From Trichormus sp. ATA11-4-KO1 (GTDB lineage: Bacteria > Cyanobacteriota > Cyanobacteriia > Cyanobacteriales > Nostocaceae): 64,000 nucleotides of DNA. Under the pieces are notes generated by a model. It worked only from the letters and a program-made list of their open reading frames with translations, was not told the DNA's origin and ran no database searches. Positions within the stretch are counted from its first letter, which is position 1, and the number at the start of each line of letters is the position of its first letter. This document shows positions 1-10,219 of the stretch, in pieces. The stretch is from the NCBI GenBank assembly GCA_019358915.1, contig JAHHIM010000007.1, forward strand, positions 32,001-96,000. Direction: 5' to 3'. The position numbers and the translations under genes were made by a program.

Positions 1-1
1 C

Positions 2-556
2 TGTGCAGATGCCTTAATTAGAGCTTGGGATGTGGCTACAGGGGAATGTCTGAAAACCTTTGAGGGACACACAAACGGCATCTGGTCAGCTAAATTCAGT
101 CCTGACGGGCAAACCTTGGTGAGTAGCAGTGAAGATGCAACCATCAAAATTTGGGATTTTGAGACCTGCCAATGTCTAAAAACCCTGGAAGGACATACCC
201 AAGCAGTAATTACAGTTGCTTACAGTCCTGATGGTCGTTTGTTAGCAAGTGGGGGAACTGACCAAATAGTGAGAATTTGGGATGTTGAGACTGGGGAATG
301 CTTGAAAGTGCTGCAAGGTCATACACGATGGATTTATGCAGTTACTTTTATCTATCTTTACCCAGATAAAAATCCTCTGCTGGCTAGTAGCAGTGAAGAC
401 CAAACTATCCAACTATGGGATGTTGACACTGGTGAATGTGTTAAAGTTCTCCGAACTCCCAGACCTTACGAAGATATGAATATTACAGGTGTTTGTGGGT
501 TGACAAAATCTCAGCAATTGACACTTTTGGAACTCGGAGCAATTATGAGGAAGTGA
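2..556 (+). CDS. C-terminal part of a WD40-repeat protein, probably an NB-ARC/NACHT-WD40 STAND protein; 5' end lies outside the window
   Basis: Frame open from base 2. Repeated GHT...FSPDG...S.S.D.TI.IWD units; C-terminal [15 protein letters not shown]...LLELGA tail typical of cyanobacterial STAND-WD40 proteins. Confidence 0.9.
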   Translation, partial: CADALIRAWDVATGECLKTFEGHTNGIWSAKFSPDGQTLVSSSEDATIKIWDFETCQCLKTLEGHTQAVITVAYSPDGRLLASGGTDQIVRIWDVETGECLKVLQGHTRWIYAVTFIYLYPDKNPLLASSSEDQTIQLWDVDTGECVKVLRTPRPYEDMNITGVCGLTKSQQLTLLELGAIMRK

Positions 557-902
557 GTCTATGTTGTCTAGTCAAGCTGTCACTTTCTGGTCACATTATC
601 AATTACACAAATGTTATATCAGTGAACAACAAGCTAATTGGTATTCATAATACCCGGTAATTTGGTATGTGCGGGAATTAGTGCGGTTAATTTGCTTAAG
701 TTTAAAATTATTTATAATTGAGCTACCATTAAAAATTTTTAATAAACTCACGAAAATTCCTTATTTAATTTTACTCAAACAATTTTATAAATTTATTTTT
801 TCTCAACGTTACCGATTAAAAACGGAACATTTTTTTAATAATTGTGCTCATAAAATTGTTCGCTGGTTTAAGACGGGAACATGAATGTAAGCACAAAGCT
901 AA

Positions 903-931
903 AACCCCAGTTTCTTGATGAAACCGGGGTT
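903..931. terminator. Hairpin just downstream of ftsH, likely intrinsic terminator
   Basis: aaccccagtttc-ttgat-gaaaccggggtt imperfect inverted repeat about 20 nt past the ftsH stop. Confidence 0.6.
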
Positions 932-952
932 CGCTTAAAAAATATTCAACTA

Positions 953-2839
953 TTACAGTTGTGGTATGTACTGCGCTTTTTCAGGGACTTCAGCATACTC
1001 AGCCACAATTTGGCGGAATTCTTCGCCGTCAATGGTTTCTTTTTCAATGAGCAGATCCACTAAGCGATCGCAGACGGTGCGATGATCACGCATAATTTTC
1101 TTAGCGTTGTCGTAGCACTGTTCAACGATTTCGCGGACTTGAGCATCGATGCGGGAAGCAATGGATTCAGAGTACTCAGACCGGGTTGTCCAATCACGAC
1201 CCAAGAACACTTCTCCTTGTTGGCTTTCCAGCGACAACGGCCCTAAGTCAGACATCCCGAACCGGGTTACCATTTGCCGTGCCATTCCCGATAATTGCTG
1301 TAAGTCTCCACCAGCGCCAGTTGTCACTTCCGCAGGGCCAAACACAACTTCTTCAGCCGCACGACCACCCAAAGCACCAGTAATCCTGGCTTTCAGTTGA
1401 GAACGGGAAATTAAGCCTTGTTCTTCGTTGGGAGTAAACCAAGTCAAACCCTGTGCCTGTCCTCGTGGTATTAGAGTGACTTTTTGCACTGGGTCATGGT
1501 CTTTCAACAAAGTCCCGACTAAGGCGTGTCCTATTTCATGGTAGGCAATCAAGCGCTTGCTTTTGCTGTCTACCAAAGGAGTACCTTCCATCCCAGCCAC
1601 TACCCGATCTACCGCATCATCAATTTCGCGGATGGTGATAGCTTCTTTACGTCTTCTGGCAGTGAGAATTGCCGCCTCGTTGAGTAAGTTAGCTAAATCA
1701 GCGCCAGTGAAACCAGGAGTACGGCGAGCGATCGCATCTAAAGATACAGTGGGGTCGAGTTTCTTATTGCGCGCATGGACTTGTAAGACTTCCAAACGCC
1801 CTTTGATATCCGGTGCATCAACAGTTACTTGGCGGTCAAAACGACCGGGACGCAACAATGCTGAATCTAGTACATCGGGACGGTTGGTAGCAGCAATAAT
1901 AATGATGCCAGTATTACCTTCAAAACCATCCATTTCGGTCAGCAGTTGGTTAAGGGTTTGTTCCCTCTCATCGTTACCGCCGCCGATACCAGCACCCCGT
2001 TGCCGTCCCACGGCATCAATTTCATCAATAAAGATGATACAAGGAGCATTGTCTTTGGCTTTCTTGAACAAATCGCGGACGCGAGATGCACCCACACCGA
2101 CAAACATTTCTACAAATTCTGAACCAGAAATACTGAAGAAAGGTACACCAGCTTCCCCAGCGATCGCTTTTGCTAGTAAAGTTTTACCAGTTCCTGGAGG
2201 GCCAATTAACAGCACACCTTTGGGAATACGTGCGCCCACAGCAGTAAATTTTTCCGGCTGTTTGAGGAAGGTAACAACTTCTTGCAGTTCTTCTTTAGCT
2301 TCTTCAATACCTGCTACGTCGTCAAACTTCACTCCGGTTTTTGCCTCCATTTGGAAGCGAGCTTTGGATTTACCGAAGTTCATCGCTTGGCCTGGGCCAC
2401 CGGGAAGGTTACTAGAGCGACGGAACAAAAAGAACAATCCAGTAATCAATAAAATTGGAAAAATGAGATTCCCCAACAGTCCCCAGATTGCGCCATCATT
2501 CCGCATGGGGTGAGCATCAAAACTAATGTGTTTTTCTTTGAGCTTGCTAATTAACTCAGGAGAGTTAATCGGCAGATCAACCCGCCACCTCTGGACACGG
2601 TTTTCAATATCTTGATCGCGGGCTTCGACAATTGCTGTTCTACCGCCTTCATACAAATCCACACTGATGACACGGTTAGTATCTAAGTATTCTAGGAAGC
2701 GGCCATAGGTCATGCGGGTATTAGCTGCATTTCTACTCATGTCAGCAGGAGCGCCAGCAAACGCCCCTTGCCAAAAGAAAAAGCCAATTACCAAAGCAGG
2801 CAATGTCCAGAGTACCAGGACTCTCCAAGAGAATTTCAT
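953..2839 (-). CDS. ftsH: ATP-dependent zinc metalloprotease FtsH (FtsH2-like)
   Basis: Two N-terminal TM segments, Walker A GPPGTGKT, Walker [30 protein letters not shown], Zn motif HEIGH. Confidence 0.98.
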   Translation of the reverse strand: MKFSWRVLVLWTLPALVIGFFFWQGAFAGAPADMSRNAANTRMTYGRFLEYLDTNRVISVDLYEGGRTAIVEARDQDIENRVQRWRVDLPINSPELISKLKEKHISFDAHPMRNDGAIWGLLGNLIFPILLITGLFFLFRRSSNLPGGPGQAMNFGKSKARFQMEAKTGVKFDDVAGIEEAKEELQEVVTFLKQPEKFTAVGARIPKGVLLIGPPGTGKTLLAKAIAGEAGVPFFSISGSEFVEMFVGVGASRVRDLFKKAKDNAPCIIFIDEIDAVGRQRGAGIGGGNDEREQTLNQLLTEMDGFEGNTGIIIIAATNRPDVLDSALLRPGRFDRQVTVDAPDIKGRLEVLQVHARNKKLDPTVSLDAIARRTPGFTGADLANLLNEAAILTARRRKEAITIREIDDAVDRVVAGMEGTPLVDSKSKRLIAYHEIGHALVGTLLKDHDPVQKVTLIPRGQAQGLTWFTPNEEQGLISRSQLKARITGALGGRAAEEVVFGPAEVTTGAGGDLQQLSGMARQMVTRFGMSDLGPLSLESQQGEVFLGRDWTTRSEYSESIASRIDAQVREIVEQCYDNAKKIMRDHRTVCDRLVDLLIEKETIDGEEFRQIVAEYAEVPEKAQYIPQL

Positions 2840-3159
2840 TTTAATTTGCCTCTAGATGCCAATACAATTAACCATCTCTAGGAACTGATGATGCTATCAC
2901 CCTGTTACTAGATTAGGTGTACAACGGACGTTTATAAATCCATTTTGTTTAATTTGATGTCCAATCGTTCATCGCCATAAAGTCGCTAGGGCATTACGGC
3001 GATGTCAATAAGAATCTTAATTAAAGTTAACTTAATTTTAATACACCTTGGATAAACGAGCAGAGAATTTAATAGCGATCGCTCTGCTATCAGCACTTTT
3101 CATCTGATTCAGGTAAGAGAGGGCTTTGTGTCGCCTTGCCCTCCCCCGCTCTATCCAGC

Positions 3160-3660
3160 TTACTTAACTTCTGTAATTTGTAACGTGTAAGGAAAATACT
3201 TGCCTTTTTCGTATGAACCCACCCAAATCTGGTAGTCTCCGGGAAGCCATTCACCAACTATGCCAGGATTTTTGCCCTCAAAATCGTCATTGCACCAAGT
3301 ACCGCCGGGGCCTTTGACAATCATGGTGGTGTCTTGAGGACTTTGTACTTGCAACTTCAGGTAGTCAAATGCACTTGTTAATTTCAATATATGCCCTGGT
3401 GTTTCATCCACAAATCCGGTACATGGACCAGTAAGTGATTCAGACCTCCCAGCCACTTTTTTACCAGGTACTGAGCCGCCACTCATACCCCGAACTATCA
3501 AAGGATCTGGGGAAAATTGTTTATTGATCGTGATATCTCCAAATATCGGTGGTGCTTCTTGAGCATTAGCTACAACATGAATTGCCCATGTGATGCCAAG
3601 TGTAACTATCATCAACGATAATTTTATCTTTTTGTTTAGCGCTGTTTTTGACATTGCCAT
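3160..3660 (-). CDS. Secreted hypothetical protein (pre-peptidase/PPC-like beta-sandwich)
   Basis: Signal peptide ending ANA-QE; DTTMIVKGPGGTWCNDD...PGDYQIWVGSY resembles PPC-like domains. Confidence 0.7.
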   Translation of the reverse strand: MAMSKTALNKKIKLSLMIVTLGITWAIHVVANAQEAPPIFGDITINKQFSPDPLIVRGMSGGSVPGKKVAGRSESLTGPCTGFVDETPGHILKLTSAFDYLKLQVQSPQDTTMIVKGPGGTWCNDDFEGKNPGIVGEWLPGDYQIWVGSYEKGKYFPYTLQITEVK

Positions 3661-3942
3661 TTATATAAGTTTCTCAGTGTTTTGAAAGACATGAATTTTA
3701 CACGGTAAGTTCCCAGAATGAGAGAAATTGACTACCCATTGTAGATTTGGCATAGGAAATGAGTCATGAGTAAAAAGTCAACATTTACTGTGACTTTGGC
3801 TGCTTTGTATTAAAGTAAATTCGACAAGTACTGTATGACCTCTCCACGCCACTTGCTCTACTTAGAGAGCCTTCTCTCAGTGGGTTTACTTACTTGCAGA
3901 AGGCGGCGTGATACCAAGTTCCGAAAATAATGTGACAGCTGC

Positions 3943-4079
3943 GTAGTGGACTAACACGACTAAATTGATGCATGATGATTTTCTTGTGGAACAGGCATCT
4001 TGCCTGTTCTGGGCAGGCGAGGACGCCCACCCCACAATAATTATTTTTATGCACTCAATTAGCCTTGCCACGCCACTAC
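3943..4079. mobile_element. About 137-bp MITE-like element with internal REP-like palindromes
   Basis: Ends gtagtgg...ccactac; internal aacaggcatcttgcctgtt palindrome; diverged second copy at ~58917-59045. Confidence 0.65.
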
Positions 4080-4408
4080 ATTTCTTGTTAACTCAACCGC
4101 ATTGGATTATGACAAAGAAATAATCAAAAATGGACTAAAAGTATAAATAATAACCAGCAATTTTGGGCTTAATGAAATAATTTCAGATAGTATCCCATTG
4201 TTGTTGTCTAAAGTTTGTCAACGACTGATATCGCCTGGACACAAATAGCAAATCTGCTACTTCTATACATCTATAAAAAATATCCTTTGTGAAAGTCAAA
4301 AGGTAGAATATAGGTTATAACTTTAGACTTGTGAATTCCTCATAAACGCTACTTATAGTTAAGTGATTAGGTAACGATCGCCTAATTTTGTAAGTGAGGT
4401 AAACAATT

Positions 4409-4618
4409 ATGTCAGTACAAGTCATCCCATCAGAATTAATTGTGGAATTATCTACAGAGGAACAACAGCTGCTCTCTGGTGGAAGGCGGCGGTGTCCTCG
4501 GCGTGTCTTCGTCCCCCGTTGTGGTGCCTACAAACGCAGCAGAGGTGGATATGACGGCGGATATGACGGCGGATATGACGGCGGATACGGCGGCGGATAC
4601 GGCGGCGGATTTGATTAG
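4409..4618 (+). CDS. Double-glycine-leader peptide (bacteriocin/RiPP-type precursor) with Arg/Cys-rich and Gly/Tyr-repeat core
   Basis: RBS gtgagg upstream; leader MSVQVIPSELIVELSTEEQQLLSGG fits ELSxEELxxxxGG; strong terminator follows. Confidence 0.8.
   Translation: MSVQVIPSELIVELSTEEQQLLSGGRRRCPRRVFVPRCGAYKRSRGGYDGGYDGGYDGGYGGGYGGGFD
4547..4606 (+). repeat. 12-bp tandem repeat x5 encoding GYDG/GYGG
   Basis: ggatatgacggc x3 followed by ggatacggcggc x2. Confidence 0.95.
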
Positions 4619-4663
4619 GGTTAAGTTCTAGTTAGCTAAGGCTACAAACTAGGTACTAAATCA

Positions 4664-4713
4664 GCAAAGTAAAAAGGTAAGTGCTATTTCTGGCACTTAC
4701 CTTTTTACTTTGC
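4664..4713 (+). terminator. 21-bp perfect stem-loop after the peptide gene
   Basis: gcaaagtaaaaaggtaagtgc-tatttctg-gcacttacctttttactttgc. Confidence 0.85.
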
Positions 4714-4882
4714 CGTGCAACACCAAATAAGTACCTACGCATAAATATTTAGCCATTTTTCCACACGAATGAAATGGCTGTATTCCCATACCGTCACCTG
4801 TCACCTTTCCTGGTATTTTGTCCGGATGCACTACAAAAAAACTGAATAAGAACTTATTACTAAATCTCCATGCCTAAAACTT

Positions 4883-5206
4883 ATGGACATGCCCCAACGC
4901 GTATCAGTTCGCTACAAAGACACGTCCTACAATCTTAACGAGATACGCTTGAAAACCTTCCGACTTGGTTTTCAAATATGGGATGAACAAACTAAACCTA
5001 GAAAAACTGAGCTTTATGATTTCATATTGTCTTGTTTGAAACAAGTTGACCGCCAAGATCGTTATATGTTTTCTCTGCTGTTTATAGAGTTGACAGACCT
5101 CATCCGCAATTCTCGACTTGAGAGAGGAATGAAGGAAGTTTTAATTAAAACAGCTTTTAGAGAGTTTGCTTGTGCGTTAACAGACTTTGAAGATGCTGCC
5201 AAATAG
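4883..5206 (+). CDS. Hypothetical protein, 107 aa
   Basis: Non-overlapping ATG-started ORF with protein-like composition; no family recognised. Confidence 0.6.
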   Translation: MDMPQRVSVRYKDTSYNLNEIRLKTFRLGFQIWDEQTKPRKTELYDFILSCLKQVDRQDRYMFSLLFIELTDLIRNSRLERGMKEVLIKTAFREFACALTDFEDAAK

Positions 5207-5227
5207 AAATAACAACTAATCTGTTAT

Positions 5228-6508
5228 CTAGTTCGCATTATCGAAATTTTCAGGTGGTTGTGATGCTTCTTGTGCAGGAGATTGACTTTCTAGTTGTTCT
5301 AGGGGTTTTGAAATAGCTGGAAAATGCTGTTCTAGACGGTTGATAAATTCTGGAAAATGCTGTTCTAGACGGTTGAGAAGCTCTGGAAAATGCTGTTCTA
5401 GACGGTTGATAAATTCTGGGATTTCAGTTTCCGGCGGTTGAGTCTCAGGTGGTTGAGTCTCAGGTGGTTGAGTCTCAGGTGGTTGAGTTTCCGGCGGTTG
5501 AGTTTCCGGCGGTTGAGTCTCAGGTGGTTGAGTCTCAGGTGGTTGAGTTTCCGGCGGTTGAGTCTCAGGTGGTTGAGTCTCAGGTGGTTGAGTTTCCGGT
5601 GGTTGAGTCTCAGGTGGCTTTATTGAGGCAGTATTATCATTGTTTTCTACAGGTTCTCGACCAGCATCTAATAGGATTTGTCCTGTTTCCACAAAGGATT
5701 CTGCTGGGGAATTGCCTGTGATCATGTCTGGGCTGGGTGCATTTGCAGAATTAGCAGATAGCTGTAAAAAAGCTGGATTTTCAAGTACTCCCTCACCAGT
5801 TATGGGTGATTGTGCTGCTAAAGCTGCGGCAATTTCAGCTTGAATGCTGGCGATCGCGGGGTCTGGTGTAGACAAAAGATTGGATTTAGTTAAATTTAGC
5901 CCCCGAACTAAATCGCTCGTTTCATAAAAATTTCTTAAATCAAAATCGTATAAGCCCTGAAATTCGCCTTTAACTACAACTATTAACTGTCCTGCTTCCA
6001 GTACCTGATTTTGAGAAGCTTTCTGGTTAGAAACCTCTATCCCGCTATTTGTTAAAGCACCCACAATTGTGGTGTCTGTTTCTTGGTCATAGCGGACAAA
6101 TAATGCTGAACCACGAATTGCTGCGGCTGCGTTTGGTGTTTGTATACGTGTTTGTCCTCTTCCTGGCGGGATCAGCAACAAAACAGTTCCATTTGACAGT
6201 CTAAAGTTACGAGTCCTAGGTAAAAATCGAAATACAGCCTGTTCCCCAATCCTTGCCAAGGAGCCATCATTGAAACGCAAGTCTGCTAACGAAGCTCTAC
6301 CAGTGGATAACCCATCCCCAGGAATTATAGGATCTGCTTTGCGAGCTGGACGCCTCTTTTGACTTCTGGGAATCAGTTGCACTAAGTTGCGGAGGTTTTG
6401 AATCTCAGCGCGAGTTAAGGGAGTAATGGCATTTGCCCGATTTGGCAAAGGCAGGATTATCACCCCCCATAAACTAATCACTAAAAGTAGGAACAATCTG
6501 GGAAACAT
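5228..6508 (-). CDS. Exported FecR-domain protein with repetitive C-terminal stalk
   Basis: Signal peptide (ANA-IT); FecR-like GDGLSTGRASLADLRFNDGSLARIGEQA...IQTPNAAAAIRGS; PPETQ repeats. Confidence 0.85.
   Translation of the reverse strand: MFPRLFLLLVISLWGVIILPLPNRANAITPLTRAEIQNLRNLVQLIPRSQKRRPARKADPIIPGDGLSTGRASLADLRFNDGSLARIGEQAVFRFLPRTRNFRLSNGTVLLLIPPGRGQTRIQTPNAAAAIRGSALFVRYDQETDTTIVGALTNSGIEVSNQKASQNQVLEAGQLIVVVKGEFQGLYDFDLRNFYETSDLVRGLNLTKSNLLSTPDPAIASIQAEIAAALAAQSPITGEGVLENPAFLQLSANSANAPSPDMITGNSPAESFVETGQILLDAGREPVENNDNTASIKPPETQPPETQPPETQPPETQPPETQPPETQPPETQPPETQPPETQPPETQPPETQPPETQPPETEIPEFINRLEQHFPELLNRLEQHFPEFINRLEQHFPAISKPLEQLESQSPAQEASQPPENFDNAN
5318..5419 (-). repeat. 33-bp tandem repeat x3 (PEFINRLEQHF) inside the FecR gene
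   Basis: tggaaaatgctgttctagacggttga at 5318, 5351 and 5384. Confidence 0.9.
5423..5617 (-). repeat. 15-bp tandem repeat x13 (PPETQ) inside the FecR gene
   Basis: 195 nt of ttgagt(c/t)tc(a/c)gg(t/c)gg units. Confidence 0.95.
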
Positions 6509-6879
6509 AGTTGCAAAACTTCGCAGTTTAATTGATATAACAGCAGTTGAAAATATCAGGTTACAGATTTGGTTGGGTTAATTTATATGTCTCAAGAAGT
6601 CTACTTATTTACGTAATTTTGGTTTTTTATTCTAAGTTTTAAATTATACAGTTAAAAGATAACTATTGTATGTACTAAGTTACTTAAACTTATATAAAAT
6701 TTACAACATAAATACTCAGAGTTATTAAATAAAAAATTAATCTTTTACAAGAATAAAGCTATACAATTAAGAGACTTTCAACCCTGTGCCCTGTTTCCTA
6801 TTTTCCGTTCCCTGCTGTATATATACATGAATAACTAAAAACAAAGTTGAGTAATACTCATCGGAACTTATAATACAGG

Positions 6880-8229
6880 TTGTGTGGTTACTTTTGCCAG
6901 ACACAATTAATGCCATCTAGAGATCAGATGCAACGCATAGGGTGGAAAAAGTTGTTTACCATTTGGTTCTTATCCAGTGGTATGACTGTTTGCTGCATGA
7001 AGTTAGATGCTGCTTGGGCTGTAAATTTAGAAAACCAAGGTTGTCAGGATGAACTAAAGTCAAAAATGAAATCTTTGGTAAATACAAAGAAAATTTTTCA
7101 GCAATGCCAAAAGGGTAACTTAAAACTAGTTAATTCTCAGTTGCAGCAGTTCGATTTATTTGAGCTAACATCTACAGAACAAATACCGTTAAATATTACA
7201 CTAGCAAAATTACTAACTGCTCAGTCTAATCCTGAAGTAACAGAAAATACTGGCAATAACCAACAGCCGAATGAAACGCCGCAGCTAGAAACGCAGCCAA
7301 GGGATTTACTACCATCTTCACCAACACCAATAGACCAACTTTTGGATCAACCCCAAAAAGATAAAATTGAAAGGCTGGAGAGGTTAAGGCGGCGATTGCG
7401 TCAGGGAAGACAGCCAACTACTGATGAGTCAGATGGTTTTTCTGAATTGGGGTTGCGGGTGCGTCCCAGACCTTTAGCACAACCACCTCAGCCTGAGTTT
7501 AAACCTATAGGTAATTTACAAGTGCGTTTTGGCTATTACCACACAAGTAATGTTTTTTCTTCTGATGTTGATCCAGTAGAAGATGGCTTGATTTTTTCTG
7601 GACTGAGGCTAGCTACTATATATTTCCCTTTGGGATCTAGAACTTTTGTGAATGGCTCAATTGAGGGCAACTTGATTCGTTACGTAGACCAATCAACATT
7701 CAATTATAATCAAGTAAAATTTGACCTCGGTGTCTACCAACAGCTATCGCCACGAATGTATGGGGAAATTGGTTGGAGTAATCAACAGTTGTTCTTTGCT
7801 AACAATAGCGATCGCTTTAGAGCAGGCGATCGCTTTTTAGGCGAAAATTCTCTAAGTCTGTCTTTGGGACGGCGAGATCCTCTGACGCCAAAATTAATGC
7901 TCAATAGCTTTTATGAATTTAAACTGAATTTTGCTGACCCAAGTAGCCGTGATCGGATAATCAATTCTTTGTGGCTTTCTTTAAACTACAACTTACAACA
8001 GCCTCTCCAGGTTGGTCTTAACTACCAGTTGAACTTATCCAACTTTACGCAAAGGGAACGAGACGACCATTATCATCGGTTGTTTGGCCACTTAAATTAC
8101 CGAGTATCTGACTCTAGTAGGATTAATTTACAGAGTGGTTTTATATTTGGTGACTCTACAGATAATAATATTAATGTTGATGGTTGGTTTTTTTCTATTA
8201 ATTACAATTGGCAATTAGGTCAGTTTTGA
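6880..8229 (+). CDS. Putative outer-membrane beta-barrel protein; true start probably 6910 or 6928
   Basis: N-terminal hydrophobic signal, Pro/Gln-rich linker, alternating aromatic beta-strand pattern (GYYHTSNVFS..., FSINYNWQLGQF), terminal Phe. Confidence 0.75.
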   Translation: MCGYFCQTQLMPSRDQMQRIGWKKLFTIWFLSSGMTVCCMKLDAAWAVNLENQGCQDELKSKMKSLVNTKKIFQQCQKGNLKLVNSQLQQFDLFELTSTEQIPLNITLAKLLTAQSNPEVTENTGNNQQPNETPQLETQPRDLLPSSPTPIDQLLDQPQKDKIERLERLRRRLRQGRQPTTDESDGFSELGLRVRPRPLAQPPQPEFKPIGNLQVRFGYYHTSNVFSSDVDPVEDGLIFSGLRLATIYFPLGSRTFVNGSIEGNLIRYVDQSTFNYNQVKFDLGVYQQLSPRMYGEIGWSNQQLFFANNSDRFRAGDRFLGENSLSLSLGRRDPLTPKLMLNSFYEFKLNFADPSSRDRIINSLWLSLNYNLQQPLQVGLNYQLNLSNFTQRERDDHYHRLFGHLNYRVSDSSRINLQSGFIFGDSTDNNINVDGWFFSINYNWQLGQF

Positions 8230-8306
8230 TAGCTATCACAAAGTCAGAGAGAAAAGGGAAGATGGATGATCCTCTGACTTTTGCGATGAGTCTGATGTGA
8301 GAAACA

Positions 8307-9152
8307 TCAGGCGGTCTGTGATATTGGTGCTGACCCATAACTAATCCAGTCGCTCCAGCTACCAGCATAAAGTTTACCTGTATGAATGTTGGCTAGTTCT
8401 AACGAAAGTAAATTCACACAAGCTGTCACACCAGAACCGCAATAAACGAAAATTTCCTCAGCTTGGTCTAGCTTTTCCCAGCGCTGGCGTTGTTCTGGTT
8501 GGGTAAGTAGGTAACCGGAAGAATTTGTCACTTCTTGCCAAGGATAGTTGACTGCACCGGGAATATGACCGGCGATTTTATCTATTGGTTCTCGTTCACC
8601 TCGGTAGCGATCGCTTTCTCTGGAATCTACCAAAACTACTGCTGGTGAATCTTTACGATTTTTTACAGCCTCAATATCTACTACCAGTTCTGTGGTTATC
8701 TGGGGGATAAAATTACCTTGTTTAGGTTGGGGAATGACATCTGTGACGGTATAACCAGCTTGTTGCCATCCTGCAAAGCCTCCATCTAATACTGCTACCT
8801 GGTCATGTCCTAAATAGCGTAGTAACCACCAAAGACGAGATGCAAAAGCCAAGCGGGAATCATCATAAGCGACAACTAAAGTTTTTTGGGAATCTACCCC
8901 CATCGCGGCTAATTTTTTAGCTAGATCATTGGGGTGAGGTAGAGGATGTCTCCCGCCATGCTTACCTACGGGACTGGAAAGATCCTCATTCAAATCTAGG
9001 TAATAGGAACCCTTGATGTGACTGGCTTGGTATTGTTGTTTTCCTAGTTGTGGGTCAGCCAGAGAAAAGCGACAATCCACAATTACGACTTGTGGATCGT
9101 TAAGGTGTGCCAAAAGCCAAGTCGGAGAAACAACAATTTGGTTATCAGCCAT
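8307..9152 (-). CDS. Two-domain rhodanese/sulfurtransferase (SseA-like)
   Basis: GRHPLP, AGHIPGA, active loop YCGSGVTAC, LYAGSWSDW. Confidence 0.95.
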   Translation of the reverse strand: MADNQIVVSPTWLLAHLNDPQVVIVDCRFSLADPQLGKQQYQASHIKGSYYLDLNEDLSSPVGKHGGRHPLPHPNDLAKKLAAMGVDSQKTLVVAYDDSRLAFASRLWWLLRYLGHDQVAVLDGGFAGWQQAGYTVTDVIPQPKQGNFIPQITTELVVDIEAVKNRKDSPAVVLVDSRESDRYRGEREPIDKIAGHIPGAVNYPWQEVTNSSGYLLTQPEQRQRWEKLDQAEEIFVYCGSGVTACVNLLSLELANIHTGKLYAGSWSDWISYGSAPISQTA

Positions 9153-9286
9153 AAATAAATAGGGGACAGGGGATAGTGTTGGAATACAGCGATTTCAGTC
9201 GTGTGAAAACATGGCTAAATATTTATGTTTAGGTATTTAACAACTCACAATATATTCATTAGCTAGTTATTCGTGGAAAAATTGCC

Positions 9287-10219
9287 ATGCCAGAGTTTGA
9301 AAACTTTGTACCACAAGCAACAGCAGATGGTTCATTCACCTTTACTTCCCTAGAGTTTGGTGAATCTTTTCATAGCCATTTTGGAGCGAAGCAGGAGAGT
9401 TTCGCTAAATTTGTGGAACCTACACAACTAGCTAGAGCTGCTAATGCGCCGATTTTACGGATATTGGATATTTGCTATGGTCTAGGATACAACACAGCAG
9501 CAGCTTTGCAGACAATTTGGGCAGTGAATCCCAGTTGTTATGTGGAATTAATTGGTTTAGAGCTAAATTTAGCTGTGCCTCAAGCGGCGATCGCTCATCA
9601 CTTATTCGACAATTGGAACTACGAGTACACCAAAATTTTGGCCGAACTAGCATTTCAGCAACAAGTACAAACAGATCGCCTCCAGGCAAAACTACTAATT
9701 GGCGATGCTAGACGTTCGATTGCGTTATTACATCAATCAGGTTTCCAGGCTGATGCAATTTTTTTAGATCCCTTTTCACCACCACAGTGTCCTCAATTAT
9801 GGACTATTGAATTCATCCAAAATGTTTCTCAGTGTTTACACGCTGATGGCTTGTTGGCAACTTATTCTTGTGCTGCTGCTGTACGTACAGCACTGTTGTC
9901 TGCTGGGTTACAGATAGGTTCTACTCCACCTGTGGGTAGGCGATCGCCTGGTACAGTCGCAGCCCACCCAAGAGACGGGGGACAGGAAGCAAAATCCCTC
10001 TCGTCTCTTCTCCCTTCCATTTCCCTAGAAGAAAAAGAACATTTACAGACTCGTGCGGCTATTCCCTACCGTGATCCTCAATTAAACGATTCTGCGCACA
10101 TCATAGTGATGCGGCGACAACAAGAACAACAAGCTTGTTCACTAGAGCCGACATCTCGTTGGCGAAAACGGTGGTTCTTAGCAAATCAAAATACTGATTC
10201 TTGGGGAATTAGTTCGTAG
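9287..10219 (+). CDS. MnmC/MnmD-like SAM-dependent tRNA methyltransferase
   Basis: TADGSFT...FGESFHS, ILDICYGLGYN, FLDPFSPPQCPQLWT, LATYS. Confidence 0.85.
   Translation: MPEFENFVPQATADGSFTFTSLEFGESFHSHFGAKQESFAKFVEPTQLARAANAPILRILDICYGLGYNTAAALQTIWAVNPSCYVELIGLELNLAVPQAAIAHHLFDNWNYEYTKILAELAFQQQVQTDRLQAKLLIGDARRSIALLHQSGFQADAIFLDPFSPPQCPQLWTIEFIQNVSQCLHADGLLATYSCAAAVRTALLSAGLQIGSTPPVGRRSPGTVAAHPRDGGQEAKSLSSLLPSISLEEKEHLQTRAAIPYRDPQLNDSAHIIVMRRQQEQQACSLEPTSRWRKRWFLANQNTDSWGISS

Noticed and set aside
669..884. 71-aa ORF in AT-rich spacer
   Set aside because: Low-complexity Ile/Leu/Lys/Phe composition, no RBS, no motif
1557..2513. 318-aa plus-strand ORF and other long antisense ORFs (e.g. 10965-11480, 24538-24906, 15947-16330)
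   Set aside because: Shadow frames antisense to well-supported genes
3886..4071. Short ORFs 3886-4071 and 58842-59069 with similar peptides (IIVG.ASSPAQ...ACSTRK)
   Set aside because: Similarity comes from the shared non-coding repeat element
5423..5617. Regular repeats as a possible CRISPR array
   Set aside because: Contiguous in-frame 15-bp coding repeats with no unique spacers; no cas genes in the window
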